A stretch of DNA of 64,000 bases from an uncultured archaeon (lineage in GTDB: Archaea > Thermoproteota > Nitrososphaeria > Nitrososphaerales > Gagatemarchaeaceae): NCBI GenBank assembly GCA_963799775.1, contig CAWCYD010000003.1, positions 256,001 to 320,000 on the forward strand. The letters are read 5' to 3'. This document shows, piece after piece, positions 40,644-51,392 of this stretch (position 1 is its first letter; every line of letters starts with the position of its first letter). The notes under the pieces were generated by a model, which saw only the letters and a list, made by a program, of their open reading frames with translations, was not told the DNA's origin and did no database searches. The position numbers and the translations under genes were made by a program.

Positions 40644-41480
40644 TCACCCCATCTCCGGCGCTGCGGGGATAGGGCTCCCGCATGCTGTGCAGAACCGTGA
40701 ACCCCCCTCGACACTCTTTCCACAAGTTGGACAGAATAACGTCTCGCCATGTCCACCGACAACCGGTGGGTTCTCAGGTTTCATCATCTCCATCTGATCC
40801 CTCTCCTCTAGTGCTGGCGCTTCTCTCCTGGCCCTCCGCCAGAACTTTACGACCCCTATGAAGACCACGATGAAAGGGAGCCATGTGAGCAGTGCAAGTA
40901 GCGGCATAGAGCTAGACTCGAGCTGAATCTCGGTCACCTCGAAAGTGGCGGCGACCGCAAGCACCCCGGCGATCAGAAGGACGTTCACGACGAGAAAGCG
41001 GAACTCCCTCGCGAAGTTCGCCCACCCCGACTTGAAGCCAAGGTAGACCGAATAGACCAGGTAGATGCTCTCTGCCGCGGCTATCGCGTAGGCGGGCAGC
41101 TCCAGCCACGTGCTCGGAAGGATGAAGAGGTTGGCTAGCGCCGCGGCAATGGGGTATCCCTTGACGATGCCGATGACCTCAACGATCCTCGCGGTCTCGT
41201 AGAGAGAGAGGGCGAGAATCAGTAGTCCGAAAGCTGGGATTATCTCGACGACGGCGACCCTGAAGTTGTTCGAGAAGATACCTGCGACCTGACCCAGAGC
41301 GGATTGATTGAGGACTGCCGCCGTGCTGTTGTACTGCTTCTCGTAGGTCGGGAGCTCTGAGGGAAAGAAGGCTGAGTTCGATACCACCACGACGACGGCA
41401 ATCTCCAGCAAGAAGATGCCCAGGATCAGGGGCCATCGCCTTCCAACTATGATCTTGAGAAACTCTATGGTCGATGTCAA
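40644..41480 (-). CDS. SpoIIM/DUF95-like membrane protein with C-terminal zinc ribbon
   Basis: IFSNN, LPSTWLELPAY, AATFE; CPTCG...FCTACG. Confidence 0.8.
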   Translation of the reverse strand: MTSTIEFLKIIVGRRWPLILGIFLLEIAVVVVVSNSAFFPSELPTYEKQYNSTAAVLNQSALGQVAGIFSNNFRVAVVEIIPAFGLLILALSLYETARIVEVIGIVKGYPIAAALANLFILPSTWLELPAYAIAAAESIYLVYSVYLGFKSGWANFAREFRFLVVNVLLIAGVLAVAATFEVTEIQLESSSMPLLALLTWLPFIVVFIGVVKFWRRARREAPALEERDQMEMMKPENPPVVGGHGETLFCPTCGKSVEGGSRFCTACGSPIPAAPEMG

Positions 41481-41835
41481 CTAGGCCACCCATCCCGACG
41501 CAGCAATCGTGAAGCAGAGTCGGGGGATCTGGTGCCGCCTCACGAGGCTCGAGTTCATGGAGGGGTATAAGGTTGTGCAAGAATTCTCCGTCCTCCAAGG
41601 CGGGACGTCGCCTCAGTCCGGCTCGCAAACAAAGGGGTGGCGCGCAAGCTTGGTTGTTTCTCTAAAGAATCGCGGCGGATATCAGGCGAAAGACTGCAAA
41701 CGGAGACGTTCCTGCCTCATATCGACCCTGCAGAGGCAGTTCTTCCCTTTCTGCCCCTTTCAAACACTGTTTCCGACGGCCAAACCTTAAATAATATCTC
41801 GAAGGGGTCTTTTCGTATACCGGAGTTAATGCATA

Positions 41836-43161
41836 ATGGCAGACAAACCACACCTAAACCTGATTGTTACTGGTCACGTAGACCACGGCAAGAGCACCAG
41901 CATGGGTCACTTCCTGTTCGACCTTGGTGCAGTAGACGATAGGACCATCCAAGAGTATGCGAAGGAGTCCGAGAAGACCGGAGCGGGTGACTCGTTCAAG
42001 TACGCCTGGGTCCTCGACCAGCTCAAGGACGAGAGGGAGAGAGGAGTAACCATCGACCTCGCGTTCCAAAAGTTCGAGACGCAGAAGTACTTCTACACGC
42101 TCATCGACGCGCCAGGGCACCGCGACTTCATCAAGAACATGATCACTGGCGCCTCCGAGGCGGACGCCGCAGTGCTCGTCGTCTCTGCCAAGACGGGCGA
42201 AAGGGAGACGGCGCTAGGGCCCGGCGGACAGGCCAGAGAGCACGCCTTCCTGCTAAAGACCCTCGGCGTCAACCAGCTAGTGGTCTGCATCAACAAGATG
42301 GACGACCAGACCGTGAAGTATTCCGAGAAGATGTACAACGACGCGAAGCAAGACGTCGAGAACCTGCTAAAGGCCTCCGGATACAACATCTCCAAGATCC
42401 GGTTCATCCCCACGTCGGGGTGGACGGGCGAGAACCTTGCCAAGCCAAGCACCAACATGCCCTGGTACAAGGGGCCAATCCTGCTCCAGGCGCTCGACGA
42501 GTTCACCGAGCCTCCAAAGCCCATCGAAAAGCCGCTCCGCGTCCCGATCCAGGATGTCTACACCATCACGGGCGTAGGCACGGTCCCGGTGGGGAGGGTT
42601 GAGACAGGCCACATGAAGGTCGGCGACTCGGTCATAATCATGCCAGAGGGGCTCACGGCTGAGATCAAGTCCATCGAGACCCACCACACGGCCATGCAAG
42701 AGGCGTTCGCAGGTGACAACATCGGGTTCAACCTCAGAGGCGTCTCGAAGACCGACTTCCACAGGGGCTCGGTCCTAGGGCCTCTGTCCAACCCACCCAC
42801 GATCGCAAAGGAGTTCCTCGCGCAGATCATCGTCGTCTTCCACCCCACGGCGATAGCTGCCGGCTACACACCGGTGCTGCACGCGCACACGGCGCAGGTT
42901 GCCGCCACGATAACGGAGCTAGTCGCGAAGATTGACCCCAGGACCGGTCAGCCAACCGAGGAAAAGCCAAAGACCATAAAGACGGGCGACTCGGCAATCG
43001 TCAAGATTACCCCGCTCAGGCCTCTGGTCCTTGAGACGTTCAAGGAGTTCCCTGAGCTCGGAAGGTTCGCCCTCCGTGATATGGGATCGACAGTTGCCGC
43101 AGGAATAGTTCGTGAAATAACGATCAAGGGCCAAGTAGAGAAGGCAGTCGCAAAGCAGTAG
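41836..43161 (+). CDS. tuf: translation elongation factor EF-1alpha
   Basis: GHVDHGKST, ERERGVTID, DAPGHRDF, NKMD; eocyte-type insertion GERETALGPGG. Confidence 0.98.
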   Translation: MADKPHLNLIVTGHVDHGKSTSMGHFLFDLGAVDDRTIQEYAKESEKTGAGDSFKYAWVLDQLKDERERGVTIDLAFQKFETQKYFYTLIDAPGHRDFIKNMITGASEADAAVLVVSAKTGERETALGPGGQAREHAFLLKTLGVNQLVVCINKMDDQTVKYSEKMYNDAKQDVENLLKASGYNISKIRFIPTSGWTGENLAKPSTNMPWYKGPILLQALDEFTEPPKPIEKPLRVPIQDVYTITGVGTVPVGRVETGHMKVGDSVIIMPEGLTAEIKSIETHHTAMQEAFAGDNIGFNLRGVSKTDFHRGSVLGPLSNPPTIAKEFLAQIIVVFHPTAIAAGYTPVLHAHTAQVAATITELVAKIDPRTGQPTEEKPKTIKTGDSAIVKITPLRPLVLETFKEFPELGRFALRDMGSTVAAGIVREITIKGQVEKAVAKQ

Positions 43162-43222
43162 ACTGCCGTTCCTCCTCGTTTTTTCGTCTTCTCTCTGTTT
43201 TTCCTAGTCTCGTGAAGTGGTG

Positions 43223-43693
43223 CTAGACCACTCCCAGGACAACTATGACCCCGAAGAGCAGTTGCGTCGCGATGAAGAGCGAGTCCTTCGCGAGTCGCTC
43301 CTTGACATGATTTCTTTCATAGCTGATGTCCACAACCGAGTAGATCAAGGTCATCAGCCAAGAAACAGCGAAGAAGAGGAGGCTGACTCCGAGACCCACC
43401 ACGTCGCTCAGGAGTATCCCGATGACGTTCAGGATCAGAGCATAGGCGACGATGAACGAGACCCATCCAAGCGTGTCCCATCTCTCCGTCTGCGCCCTGT
43501 ACCCCACCTTCGAGTAAGAGAGTATCGAGGTCAGCAGCAGGGGGATGGGAAAGACCAGCTGGATGGCCACGAGTTGGGGCACGATGAGCTGTGACCTCAG
43601 ACTTACCACGAGGAAGAAGATTCCGACGGCTACCGAGAGGAGGGCAGTGTTGAGAGAAATCCTCGACGCCGCTTTGGACTCTAGGCCTGGCAC
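43223..43693 (-). CDS. hypothetical 5-TM membrane protein
   Basis: Hydrophobic 156-aa ORF. Confidence 0.7.
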   Translation of the reverse strand: MPGLESKAASRISLNTALLSVAVGIFFLVVSLRSQLIVPQLVAIQLVFPIPLLLTSILSYSKVGYRAQTERWDTLGWVSFIVAYALILNVIGILLSDVVGLGVSLLFFAVSWLMTLIYSVVDISYERNHVKERLAKDSLFIATQLLFGVIVVLGVV

Positions 43694-43841
43694 CCTCGGC
43701 TTCCGCCCTAGAGCCCATGTCCGGGTTAATATCCAATCTCAACCCCGTCGCAGGCGCGCCATGCTTGGTGACCTTCATCGCATCCAGAAAAATTCACACA
43801 AAAGACGTATTACTTGGCGCCCATGCTCAGGACGAAGCTTA

Positions 43842-44135
43842 ATGTCGAACTCGCCTCTCGTCTATGACGGTCTAGAGTTCAAAGAGAAAGAGATCCTCGC
43901 CCGCTACCGATCTCTGAAGCGAAGGCTGGGCATCTCGAGCGTGATCAGCATAATGACCATCATCCCAGCGATGGGGCTCCTCGTCCTTTACTACGTCTCC
44001 CCTTCCAGCACCTCCCCGTATCTTTACCTCGTCTTCCTCGGGGTCTCGATCCCCTTCACGATCCTCAGTTTCCTCTCCAACTCGAAGATCACAGAGATCA
44101 TCAATTCCAACGAAGTCAGGCACGTAGGGTTCTAA
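43842..44135 (+). CDS. small 2-TM membrane protein
   Basis: ATG at 43842, two hydrophobic helices. Confidence 0.65.
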   Translation: MSNSPLVYDGLEFKEKEILARYRSLKRRLGISSVISIMTIIPAMGLLVLYYVSPSSTSPYLYLVFLGVSIPFTILSFLSNSKITEIINSNEVRHVGF

Positions 44136-44136
44136 G

Positions 44137-45617
44137 CTAAGGAATCAGTCTCGGACGGTCCTTCTGTCTCGTCGCCCACCCCAGCAAGAGGGCCGCGGCG
44201 AAGACTGGAACCGACAGGGCGAAGAACGTGGTCGGAAACTCCGGCGCGGTCGTGACGGTGCTCGACGTGGTCGTGCTCGAGGCGCTCGTCTCGGTCGTGC
44301 TCGTGGTCGAAGAGACGGTCGGCCCTCTAGCCAGAAGGTAGTATTCGAATCCCGTGGGCGTCAACGTCAGCGACCTCATGTTCTGCGCCCATTCTTGATT
44401 GATTTGGCCATCCAGCGTGAAGTATCCCTCGGTGTCCAGCTGAGGCGTGTAGTTCAGGTAGGCAAAGAAGTACTGCTCAGAGAACGCGTTGTACACCTCC
44501 ACATGGTATATCGAGCAGAACCTGTCCATTATCTGGAGGAACGGGACGTCTATGTTCGAGCTGAAGCCCCAGACCTCCTGATGGTCGGCGAACTCCCCAC
44601 CGACCCCAGTTCCCGGAGGAGGAGAGGGGACGGTGACCTCTTCGCTCCAGGACTCGCTTATCACGAGACGCTTTCCATCCTGCTGGGCCAGCTGCGCCAT
44701 TTCCGCAAGCACCTGCAGGTTGTTGCCGTAGATCGGGTAGATGTGGGTCGTCAGGAAGTCCAGCCTCGGATCGCTCGCAAACCCCTGCATGAACTGCACC
44801 CCGAGCCACGTCCCAGCCCCCGCGCAGATCTTCGTCGGGCTCCCGGTCTTGTTGAGCGACGCGAGCTGCTGCTCGATGAAGGCAGTCCATCCCGACGGCG
44901 TGTCTAGCTGGTGATATCCAGACAGGGCAGCCTCCGTGTCCGCCTCCGTCCCGATGTCGATGTAGTCTGGCTTGATCTGGTTGATTATCAGCTGGTTCTG
45001 CGCGATGCTGTCGCTCACGAACTGAGCGTACGGCAGGCTGTTGAAGCTGTAGTTGATGTTGGAATACCCGGTCCCCACGAACGCCACGTGCGATTCCACC
45101 AGCGCTTTCATGCCCCTCGAATGCACGTTCTGGACGAGTTGAGTGTAGTAGCTCAGGTATTGGGAGCTGTTCGGGAACGAGGGCTGCAAGAGCGGGAACG
45201 GGATCGAGATCTCCACCTCGTTGACGCCGAGGCTCTGGTAGGCGTCAAGGTTGGCGTTTACGGTATTCTGGTTGCTGGCCTGAAGGAGGGTGGTCCCCTT
45301 GTTTCCGTCAGCTGGGACGAGCGAAGCCGAGAAGGTGAAGACGTTCCTCACTGAGGGATAGGGCCCAAGCTCGAGTTGAACGCGTTCAAAGTGGACTCGA
45401 GCGACGTGTAGTTTGCTTCGTAGGCGGCTGCAACCGTGGTGTTGTATTGTTGCACTGTGGCCTGAGAGAGCGGCCCGCCAACAAGGACAGGAGTCGCATG
45501 GCCTCCTGTCGAGAGGCGTGTCCCACCGGATGCCGCCTGGGAGACGTGGACGACCTGCACGAGCAACAACGAAACAACGATCAGAGCGGACATGGAGAGC
45601 CACCGACGTCGCGCCAA
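44137..45617 (-). CDS. secreted glycoside-hydrolase-like TIM barrel with Ser/Thr linker and PEF-CTERM-like anchor (frameshift near 45365)
   Basis: Signal peptide in ORF 45348-45617; IGTEAD and ISESW Glu motifs; TTAPEFP-TM-RQKDR tail. Confidence 0.7.
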
Positions 45618-45656
45618 TCCGCGTTTCTGCCCCTCGTGGGATAATAAGCGAAGGCT

Positions 45657-45836
45657 TTAGGGCCCTTCGAAACCGCAGTTCACGCACTTGTATCTTCTGG
45701 AGAACTTCCTGCAAAGCTCGTCGCGCCAGATGAGCACCTGATGGCAGCTCGGGCAGTTGAACCTGACCGCCTTGGTGCCCGGAAGGATGGGTCTGTTGCA
45801 TGATGTGCAGTGCGAAAGAGAGAAGCCCTCTGGCAT
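45657..45836 (-). CDS. conserved archaeal small zinc-finger protein (HVO_2753/DUF1610 family)
   Basis: MPEGFSLSHCTSCNRPILPGTKAVRFNCPSCHQVLIWRDELCRKFSRRYKCVNCGFEGP*; missed by the ORF track (59 aa). Confidence 0.9.
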   Translation of the reverse strand: MPEGFSLSHCTSCNRPILPGTKAVRFNCPSCHQVLIWRDELCRKFSRRYKCVNCGFEGP

Positions 45837-45927
45837 TTCCTGTTGTCGGTTAGGAGCCTCTTTGATGATTTATTAAACTAGAGCCCTGCGAATGTCCGAT
45901 TTAGACGCTTGCACCATAACCCCTTAA

Positions 45928-47118
45928 CAGTATCTCCGAACGAGCGCGGATTTTAGCCTTCGCTCAACGAGTTGTGATTTTGGGTCGTAGGGAGTCCTCA
46001 CCTCGAAGCCTCAGGTTATGATTACCACATCCAACCTGTCAGCCAGAGGATTCGATACCGTTCTGAGGCGATACGTGCCCAAGCTGTTGTGCTTCGAGGT
46101 GAAGCCCAGCTACTCGTACAAGAAGAGCGACTATATGCGTCTCCTTGTCAACTCGTCTGTACTCAATGCCTACGCGGAAGGTATGAGCAATGTCTCCAAC
46201 AAGATGGGGTCCGGAGTGCCGAACTCTGACACCGCGCTGATGCGCTTCAAGAGCATCGACAGGTACGAGCTGCAGAGCGTCGTCTCCATCGTCCTCGAGG
46301 AGCAGGTCGACGAGCTGAGGAGGAAGGGCCCTTCTTAGCAGGCCCGTCCCGATCGCTTTCGACTGGCACGACCAGATGTTTTACGGCGAGAAGGAGACGG
46401 AGATGGTCAACGGGACCAGGCCCAAGGACGGCTCCTGTTACGCCTACCAGTACCTCACGGCGTCCATCCTCGTCGACGGGAAGAGGCTGACCATAGTCCT
46501 CACTCCAATCAAGAGCATGAAGCACCTCCTGGATTATGTGAAGGACGCGCTGAACCAGATACGGAACATTGGCGTCATGGTGAGATACCTCCTCTTCGAC
46601 GGAGGCTTCTCGTGCCTCGAGCTTCCTGCCTACCTCGAGGAGAAGGGGTACACGTACACAATCCATTTCACCCCTAACGCTGTGACGAAGAGGATTGGCC
46701 TCCAGGACGGTCGATCTGCCCTCTATCCGTCCGAAAGGCCGTTCAAGCTCGTCAGGGTCGACGACGCAGAGACGAAGATCACCTACCTCTTCGCGACGAA
46801 CATGTCGTGCAGGCCGAAGAGGCTGCTGAAGCGCTACAAGACCCGCTGGGGCGTGGAGACGACCTACCGGGAGCACAACCTCTTCCTCCCGAGGACGAAA
46901 TCGAAGAACTTCACGGTGAGGCTGCTCTACTACGCGGTGGCAGTCTGCATGTACAACGCGTGGTGCATCCTCAACGCGTCAGAAGACGACCCGGATGCCA
47001 AGGAAGACGAGGGTGCCGACCACGTGACAGCGTTGGAAGCGAAGGTCTTCATCCTCCTCGCATTCCTAATCCAAGCACCGGCGTGTGGAGCGTGAACCAT
47101 GCTCATTCGGAGATACTG
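45928..47118 (+). mobile_element. ISH3-family-like insertion sequence, TTAA duplication
   Basis: TIR CAGTATCTCCGAA(C/T)GAGC at both ends; TTAA at 45924-45927 and 47119-47122. Confidence 0.85.
46018..47095 (+). CDS. ISH3-like DDE transposase (frameshift near 46330)
   Basis: IAFDWHD, LLFDGGF, YKTRWGVETTYR. Confidence 0.85.
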
Positions 47119-47288
47119 TTAAGAGTCGGCGCCTCGAATCGATCCTGAACGGACATCGATCATTTGGTAGATTCAATCCTCTGTCTTGTTTCTCTGTTCG
47201 CGGGCAACCGCCGACTAACGCTTCACAAACCTTTAATTGTCCGAATGGGCCTTCGGGGTTTCTAGTTTTGCGGTTTATCGGCAATAAG

Positions 47289-50200
47289 ATGCCAGCGTTT
47301 CCCATCGTGATATTCCTAGCAATCCTCCTCCTCATGCCATCCTTCCTCGTGCTCTCGGTCGGGAGGGTCTCAGGAGCGCCCACACCGCAAGCCGCCCCCT
47401 CCTCGTCTAGCCCGATCCCGAGCGTGAAGATCAACCCTCTTTCCAGCTACAGGAGCCTCGGCGCCGCGGACCCGAACATGCCCATCCTGATATCGGTGGC
47501 CATCCCGCTGAGAAACCTTCCGCTACTCTCCTCTATGGTCAAGCAGTCCTCCGACCCTACATCAGCCAACTACAGGCACTTCATCAACCTCTCAGAGGCC
47601 AGCAGTCTCTTCCTCCCTACCCAGAGCCAGTACCAGAGCGTCCTGAATTACCTCAGCGCGAGCGGGTTCACAGTCGAGCTCTCCGAGTTGAACTCCATGC
47701 TCGTCGTGAGGGGGACCGTAGCCCAGGTTCACCAGTACATGGGGCAGGGGGTCCAACTCTACACGAACGGGACGTATTCCTATTACGCGACCACGGGGGC
47801 CAGCTCGCTCGTCGGGGCGTATTCCTTCGGGTCCAACTCGAGCGCGCTCTTCATGCGCCCCGACATCATGAGGGCGGGAGCCACCGGTTCGGGTGCGATC
47901 CCCAGCCAGAACGTGACCTTCACAGAGGGAGGACAGGCTACAACCCTCCTGCGGAACGTCTACAACACGACAGGCCTGATCTCAAAGGGCTTCGACGGCA
48001 GGGGGTACACAATCGGGTTGCTCGACTTCTACGGCAATCCTCTTGTTGGAAGCGATCTAGCCGCATATGACAACCTCTTTGGGCTGCAGGCCCCTCCAAG
48101 CTTCTCGGTCGCCCCAATCGGACCTTACAACCCCAACCTAGGCGACGCGTTCGGCTGGGACGGTGAGATCGACCTGGACGTCCAAGTCTCTCACGCGATG
48201 GCTCCGGGAGCAAACATCATTCTCTATGCCGGCAACGGTGAGCTACCTCTGTCGACGGCGATTGCGGCTATCGTCCAGGACGGCAGGGCGAACGTCGTCT
48301 CTCAGAGCTTCGGGATACCAGAGTGGGAATACTATGAGATAGGGCCCATGTCTTATCTGTTCAACCTCGTCTTCGCCGACGACTACTACATGCTCGGCTC
48401 GGCGTTGGGAATGACCTTCACCACCTCTACGGGAGACGCCGGCGGCAGCGGATACAGCGCCGGCCCCGAGGGCGACGTCGAGTACCCCAGCGCGTCTCCG
48501 TATGTCACCGCGCTAGGGGGCACGGCGACTTACATCTCCACTTCAGCCAGCGGAGCGACGATCTTCAATCAGACCGCCTGGTCCAGCATCGGGTACTCTC
48601 CCTACCTCGTCAACGAGGGAGGCGGCGGTGGGGGAGTCAGCATCCTCGAACCTACGCCGTGGTATCAGTCGTCCCTCTCGATACCCACCTCCTTCCCCCA
48701 CGGGCGGATGGTGCCGGACCTGTCGCTGGATTCCAGCGGTCAACCAGGCACCTACGTCGTCTTCCAAGGCGCTCCGATCGCGATCGGAGGGACGAGCGAG
48801 GCCAGCCCCCTCTTCGCAGGGCTGCTCACGCTCATCATGGGATCGCAGAGAGGGACGCTGGGGCTCGTGAACCCGTGGCTGTATAGTCTCGCCTCCAACC
48901 CCAAGACATACCTCAGCGCCTATCACCCGGTCACCTTCGGTTACATCATCCCGTGGGTCTCCAAGTTCGGCTACAATCTGGCAACCGGCTGGGGCGCCCC
49001 GAACATCGGAGAGATGGCAAGCCTCCTCCCTTCGGCCGGGACAGGTTCCCAGTCGCTGAACATTGACGTCGCATTCTCCAATCCGGGCAAGAGTAACTTC
49101 ACTGACTTCTCACTGGACCAGAAAATCAACGTGGTCGCAACCATCACGTCCTCCTCGGGCCTGGCAGTCACGACAGGGTCGTTCAACGCCAGTCTCCAGA
49201 CCCTGGCTGGGAAGTCTGCCGCGGTCCCGATGACTTACGCCGCGTCGCAGAGGAACTGGGAAGGGACGATAGTCATGGGCAACCAGTCCGGCATCGCGTA
49301 CATCAACGTGGCCGGCACCAGCGGCTCCGGCCAGAGCGGCACAGGTTTCGCCTCGACCTTCACAGGTTTCCTGGCGACCTACAACCAGCCGCTAGCCCCG
49401 TATCCATGGACCTTCCTCAAAGGACTCGAGGTCTCGATATCGATAACCGACCTCTTCGGCAACATCCCCGTCCTCGGGGCTGAGCCGATCTCCTTCAACA
49501 CGTACTCTATCCAGACCAACCAATACTATCAGGAGGCGTTCTCGAACGTCAACTTCTCCGACATCAGCGGCTACTACATAGGGAACATCCAGGCCAACCT
49601 GGTCGACGGCATAAGCACTCTCACGACCGGCGGGCCCGTGGTGGGATACCTACCATTTGTGAGCGGGATAAGCCTCCTCGGGTCCGACATCTACCCACAG
49701 GTGGTCGCCGAGCCTGGGGCGGTGGCGCCGGGACAGTCGCTCACCATCGTCGCCACGGTCACCGCGCCGGAGAACATCTACCTCATGCAGTCGCTAGCCA
49801 CAGGCCTGTCCATCGGCGCGAGCGTCGCCGAAGGCGCCAACGTGACCGCGACCCTCGTCAGCCCGTCTGGGGTGAAGATGACGACTTCCAGCATGGCCGA
49901 GACGCCGTGCGCTCAGGCGCTGCGTGCCTGCGGCGCATCCTTGACTCTCATCAACGGCTATCTCACCGTACCAATGAACGCGGCGCCCGGGCTCTACACC
50001 GTGATGCTCAACGCCGCTTACAACGACGAGACCACGGGCCTAAACCTCGGAGGGAGTTACTTCGGCCAGATTTACGTGGCAAAGGCGGCCTCGGTTCCTG
50101 GTATCTCCGTGAGCCCCACGACGGTCTTCGAGGGGCAGAATGCGACGATCGCTGCGAGCATCACCGAAGCTAACGGGAGTGAGGTGACGAACGGTCTTTA

Positions 50201-51368
50201 CACGGCGTTGATCTACCCTCAGAACTCGCAGGACCAGTACTCGACCATCATGCACTCCACGTACGAGGGGTTCGGGCTCATCCCGCTGTCCTACGACGCC
50301 AACCTCAACCTTTGGACGGCCAACGTGACCATGCCGTCCCCATACGATTCGGCCCTGGTAGCCTCGACGAACGGAAATGCCGAGTACTACGGAGGTCCGT
50401 ATGACGTCTACGTCTCCGGACTGTCGGCGAGCGGTGTGCCGACGGCATCGAACCTCGATGCCCAGCAGAGCTTCTTCATCCAGCCCTACGTGTTCACGGC
50501 GAACACGGTCCTGACCAACCCCGGGCAGACGTCTCGCCTGGCGCTCTCGAACGTCACTATCGATGGCGGGTCGTCGGCCCTGAACCTGCAGTATGATTAC
50601 TTCATCGGGTCCAACACAGTCAAAGGCGCCGATGTCACCATAACGTCATCCACGGTCTCGGGGCACCTCAACATCGAGAACGGGCAGACGACGCTCACAG
50701 ACGTCAACGGCGGGGACATCGTCGCGACCGACGCCAACGTGGTGTTGCAACACTCGTCTGTCTCGTCGCTGAACCTCGGAAACGGGGCGACCGCCTCTTT
50801 GGACTCGTCTTCCTCATCCAACATCTTTAGCCCGCCGCTGCCCGTGCTCACCATCTCGTCGCCCACCGGCAACGTAACATACAAGGGGACGCTCAACGTC
50901 AAGGTCGGCGTACAGGGGACCGGGGTGAGGGTCGTCTCGTTCTACCTGGACGGCAGACAGCTCCCGACTTCCCAAACCGTCTCTGCTGGAAACGTCACCT
51001 CTCTCTCCATCGACACCTCGACGATCCCTGACGGCATCCACATCTTCACCGTCCAGGCGACCCAGTCGGATCTCCTGACATCCAGCGCGTCGGTCTCCTT
51101 CGTCACCGACAACCAGCTCTCAGCGGTGAGCAGCAACCTGTCCAAAGCCCAGAGCGACCTTTCGACAGCCAACTCGACGATAGTATCCCTGGGAGGCAGC
51201 CTTGACCAGGCGAACTCTAACCTGTCGACCGTCCAGAGCAACCTGAAATCCGCCAACAACACGATCAACGAGCTCACGTATGTCGCCGTGGCAGCGCTCG
51301 CCGTGGGAGTCATCGGGCTCGGGCTCGCCGTCTATGCGGTGAAGGGCAAGGCTCCCTGGAAGTACTAG
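47289..51368 (+). CDS. large surface-anchored sedolisin (S53) protease
   Basis: Signal peptide, prodomain, EIDLD, GDAG, GGTSEASP, GWGAP; C-terminal coiled coil and TM. Confidence 0.92.
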   Translation: MPAFPIVIFLAILLLMPSFLVLSVGRVSGAPTPQAAPSSSSPIPSVKINPLSSYRSLGAADPNMPILISVAIPLRNLPLLSSMVKQSSDPTSANYRHFINLSEASSLFLPTQSQYQSVLNYLSASGFTVELSELNSMLVVRGTVAQVHQYMGQGVQLYTNGTYSYYATTGASSLVGAYSFGSNSSALFMRPDIMRAGATGSGAIPSQNVTFTEGGQATTLLRNVYNTTGLISKGFDGRGYTIGLLDFYGNPLVGSDLAAYDNLFGLQAPPSFSVAPIGPYNPNLGDAFGWDGEIDLDVQVSHAMAPGANIILYAGNGELPLSTAIAAIVQDGRANVVSQSFGIPEWEYYEIGPMSYLFNLVFADDYYMLGSALGMTFTTSTGDAGGSGYSAGPEGDVEYPSASPYVTALGGTATYISTSASGATIFNQTAWSSIGYSPYLVNEGGGGGGVSILEPTPWYQSSLSIPTSFPHGRMVPDLSLDSSGQPGTYVVFQGAPIAIGGTSEASPLFAGLLTLIMGSQRGTLGLVNPWLYSLASNPKTYLSAYHPVTFGYIIPWVSKFGYNLATGWGAPNIGEMASLLPSAGTGSQSLNIDVAFSNPGKSNFTDFSLDQKINVVATITSSSGLAVTTGSFNASLQTLAGKSAAVPMTYAASQRNWEGTIVMGNQSGIAYINVAGTSGSGQSGTGFASTFTGFLATYNQPLAPYPWTFLKGLEVSISITDLFGNIPVLGAEPISFNTYSIQTNQYYQEAFSNVNFSDISGYYIGNIQANLVDGISTLTTGGPVVGYLPFVSGISLLGSDIYPQVVAEPGAVAPGQSLTIVATVTAPENIYLMQSLATGLSIGASVAEGANVTATLVSPSGVKMTTSSMAETPCAQALRACGASLTLINGYLTVPMNAAPGLYTVMLNAAYNDETTGLNLGGSYFGQIYVAKAASVPGISVSPTTVFEGQNATIAASITEANGSEVTNGLYTALIYPQNSQDQYSTIMHSTYEGFGLIPLSYDANLNLWTANVTMPSPYDSALVASTNGNAEYYGGPYDVYVSGLSASGVPTASNLDAQQSFFIQPYVFTANTVLTNPGQTSRLALSNVTIDGGSSALNLQYDYFIGSNTVKGADVTITSSTVSGHLNIENGQTTLTDVNGGDIVATDANVVLQHSSVSSLNLGNGATASLDSSSSSNIFSPPLPVLTISSPTGNVTYKGTLNVKVGVQGTGVRVVSFYLDGRQLPTSQTVSAGNVTSLSIDTSTIPDGIHIFTVQATQSDLLTSSASVSFVTDNQLSAVSSNLSKAQSDLSTANSTIVSLGGSLDQANSNLSTVQSNLKSANNTINELTYVAVAALAVGVIGLGLAVYAVKGKAPWKY

Positions 51369-51392
51369 GCAGCGATCCTTCGGGCCAGAGCA

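Noticed and set aside
41481-41835. Long intergenic region before tuf as SRP or RNase P RNA
   Set aside because: No SRP helix-8 or RNase P conserved motifs were found; probably divergent promoters
45618-45801. N-terminal extension of the 554-aa ORF
   Set aside because: It overlaps the real zinc-finger gene in another frame; the true N-terminus is the signal-peptide ORF 45348-45617
47085-47288. Upstream extension of the sedolisin ORF
   Set aside because: It runs through the IS end and promoter; the signal peptide begins at ATG 47289
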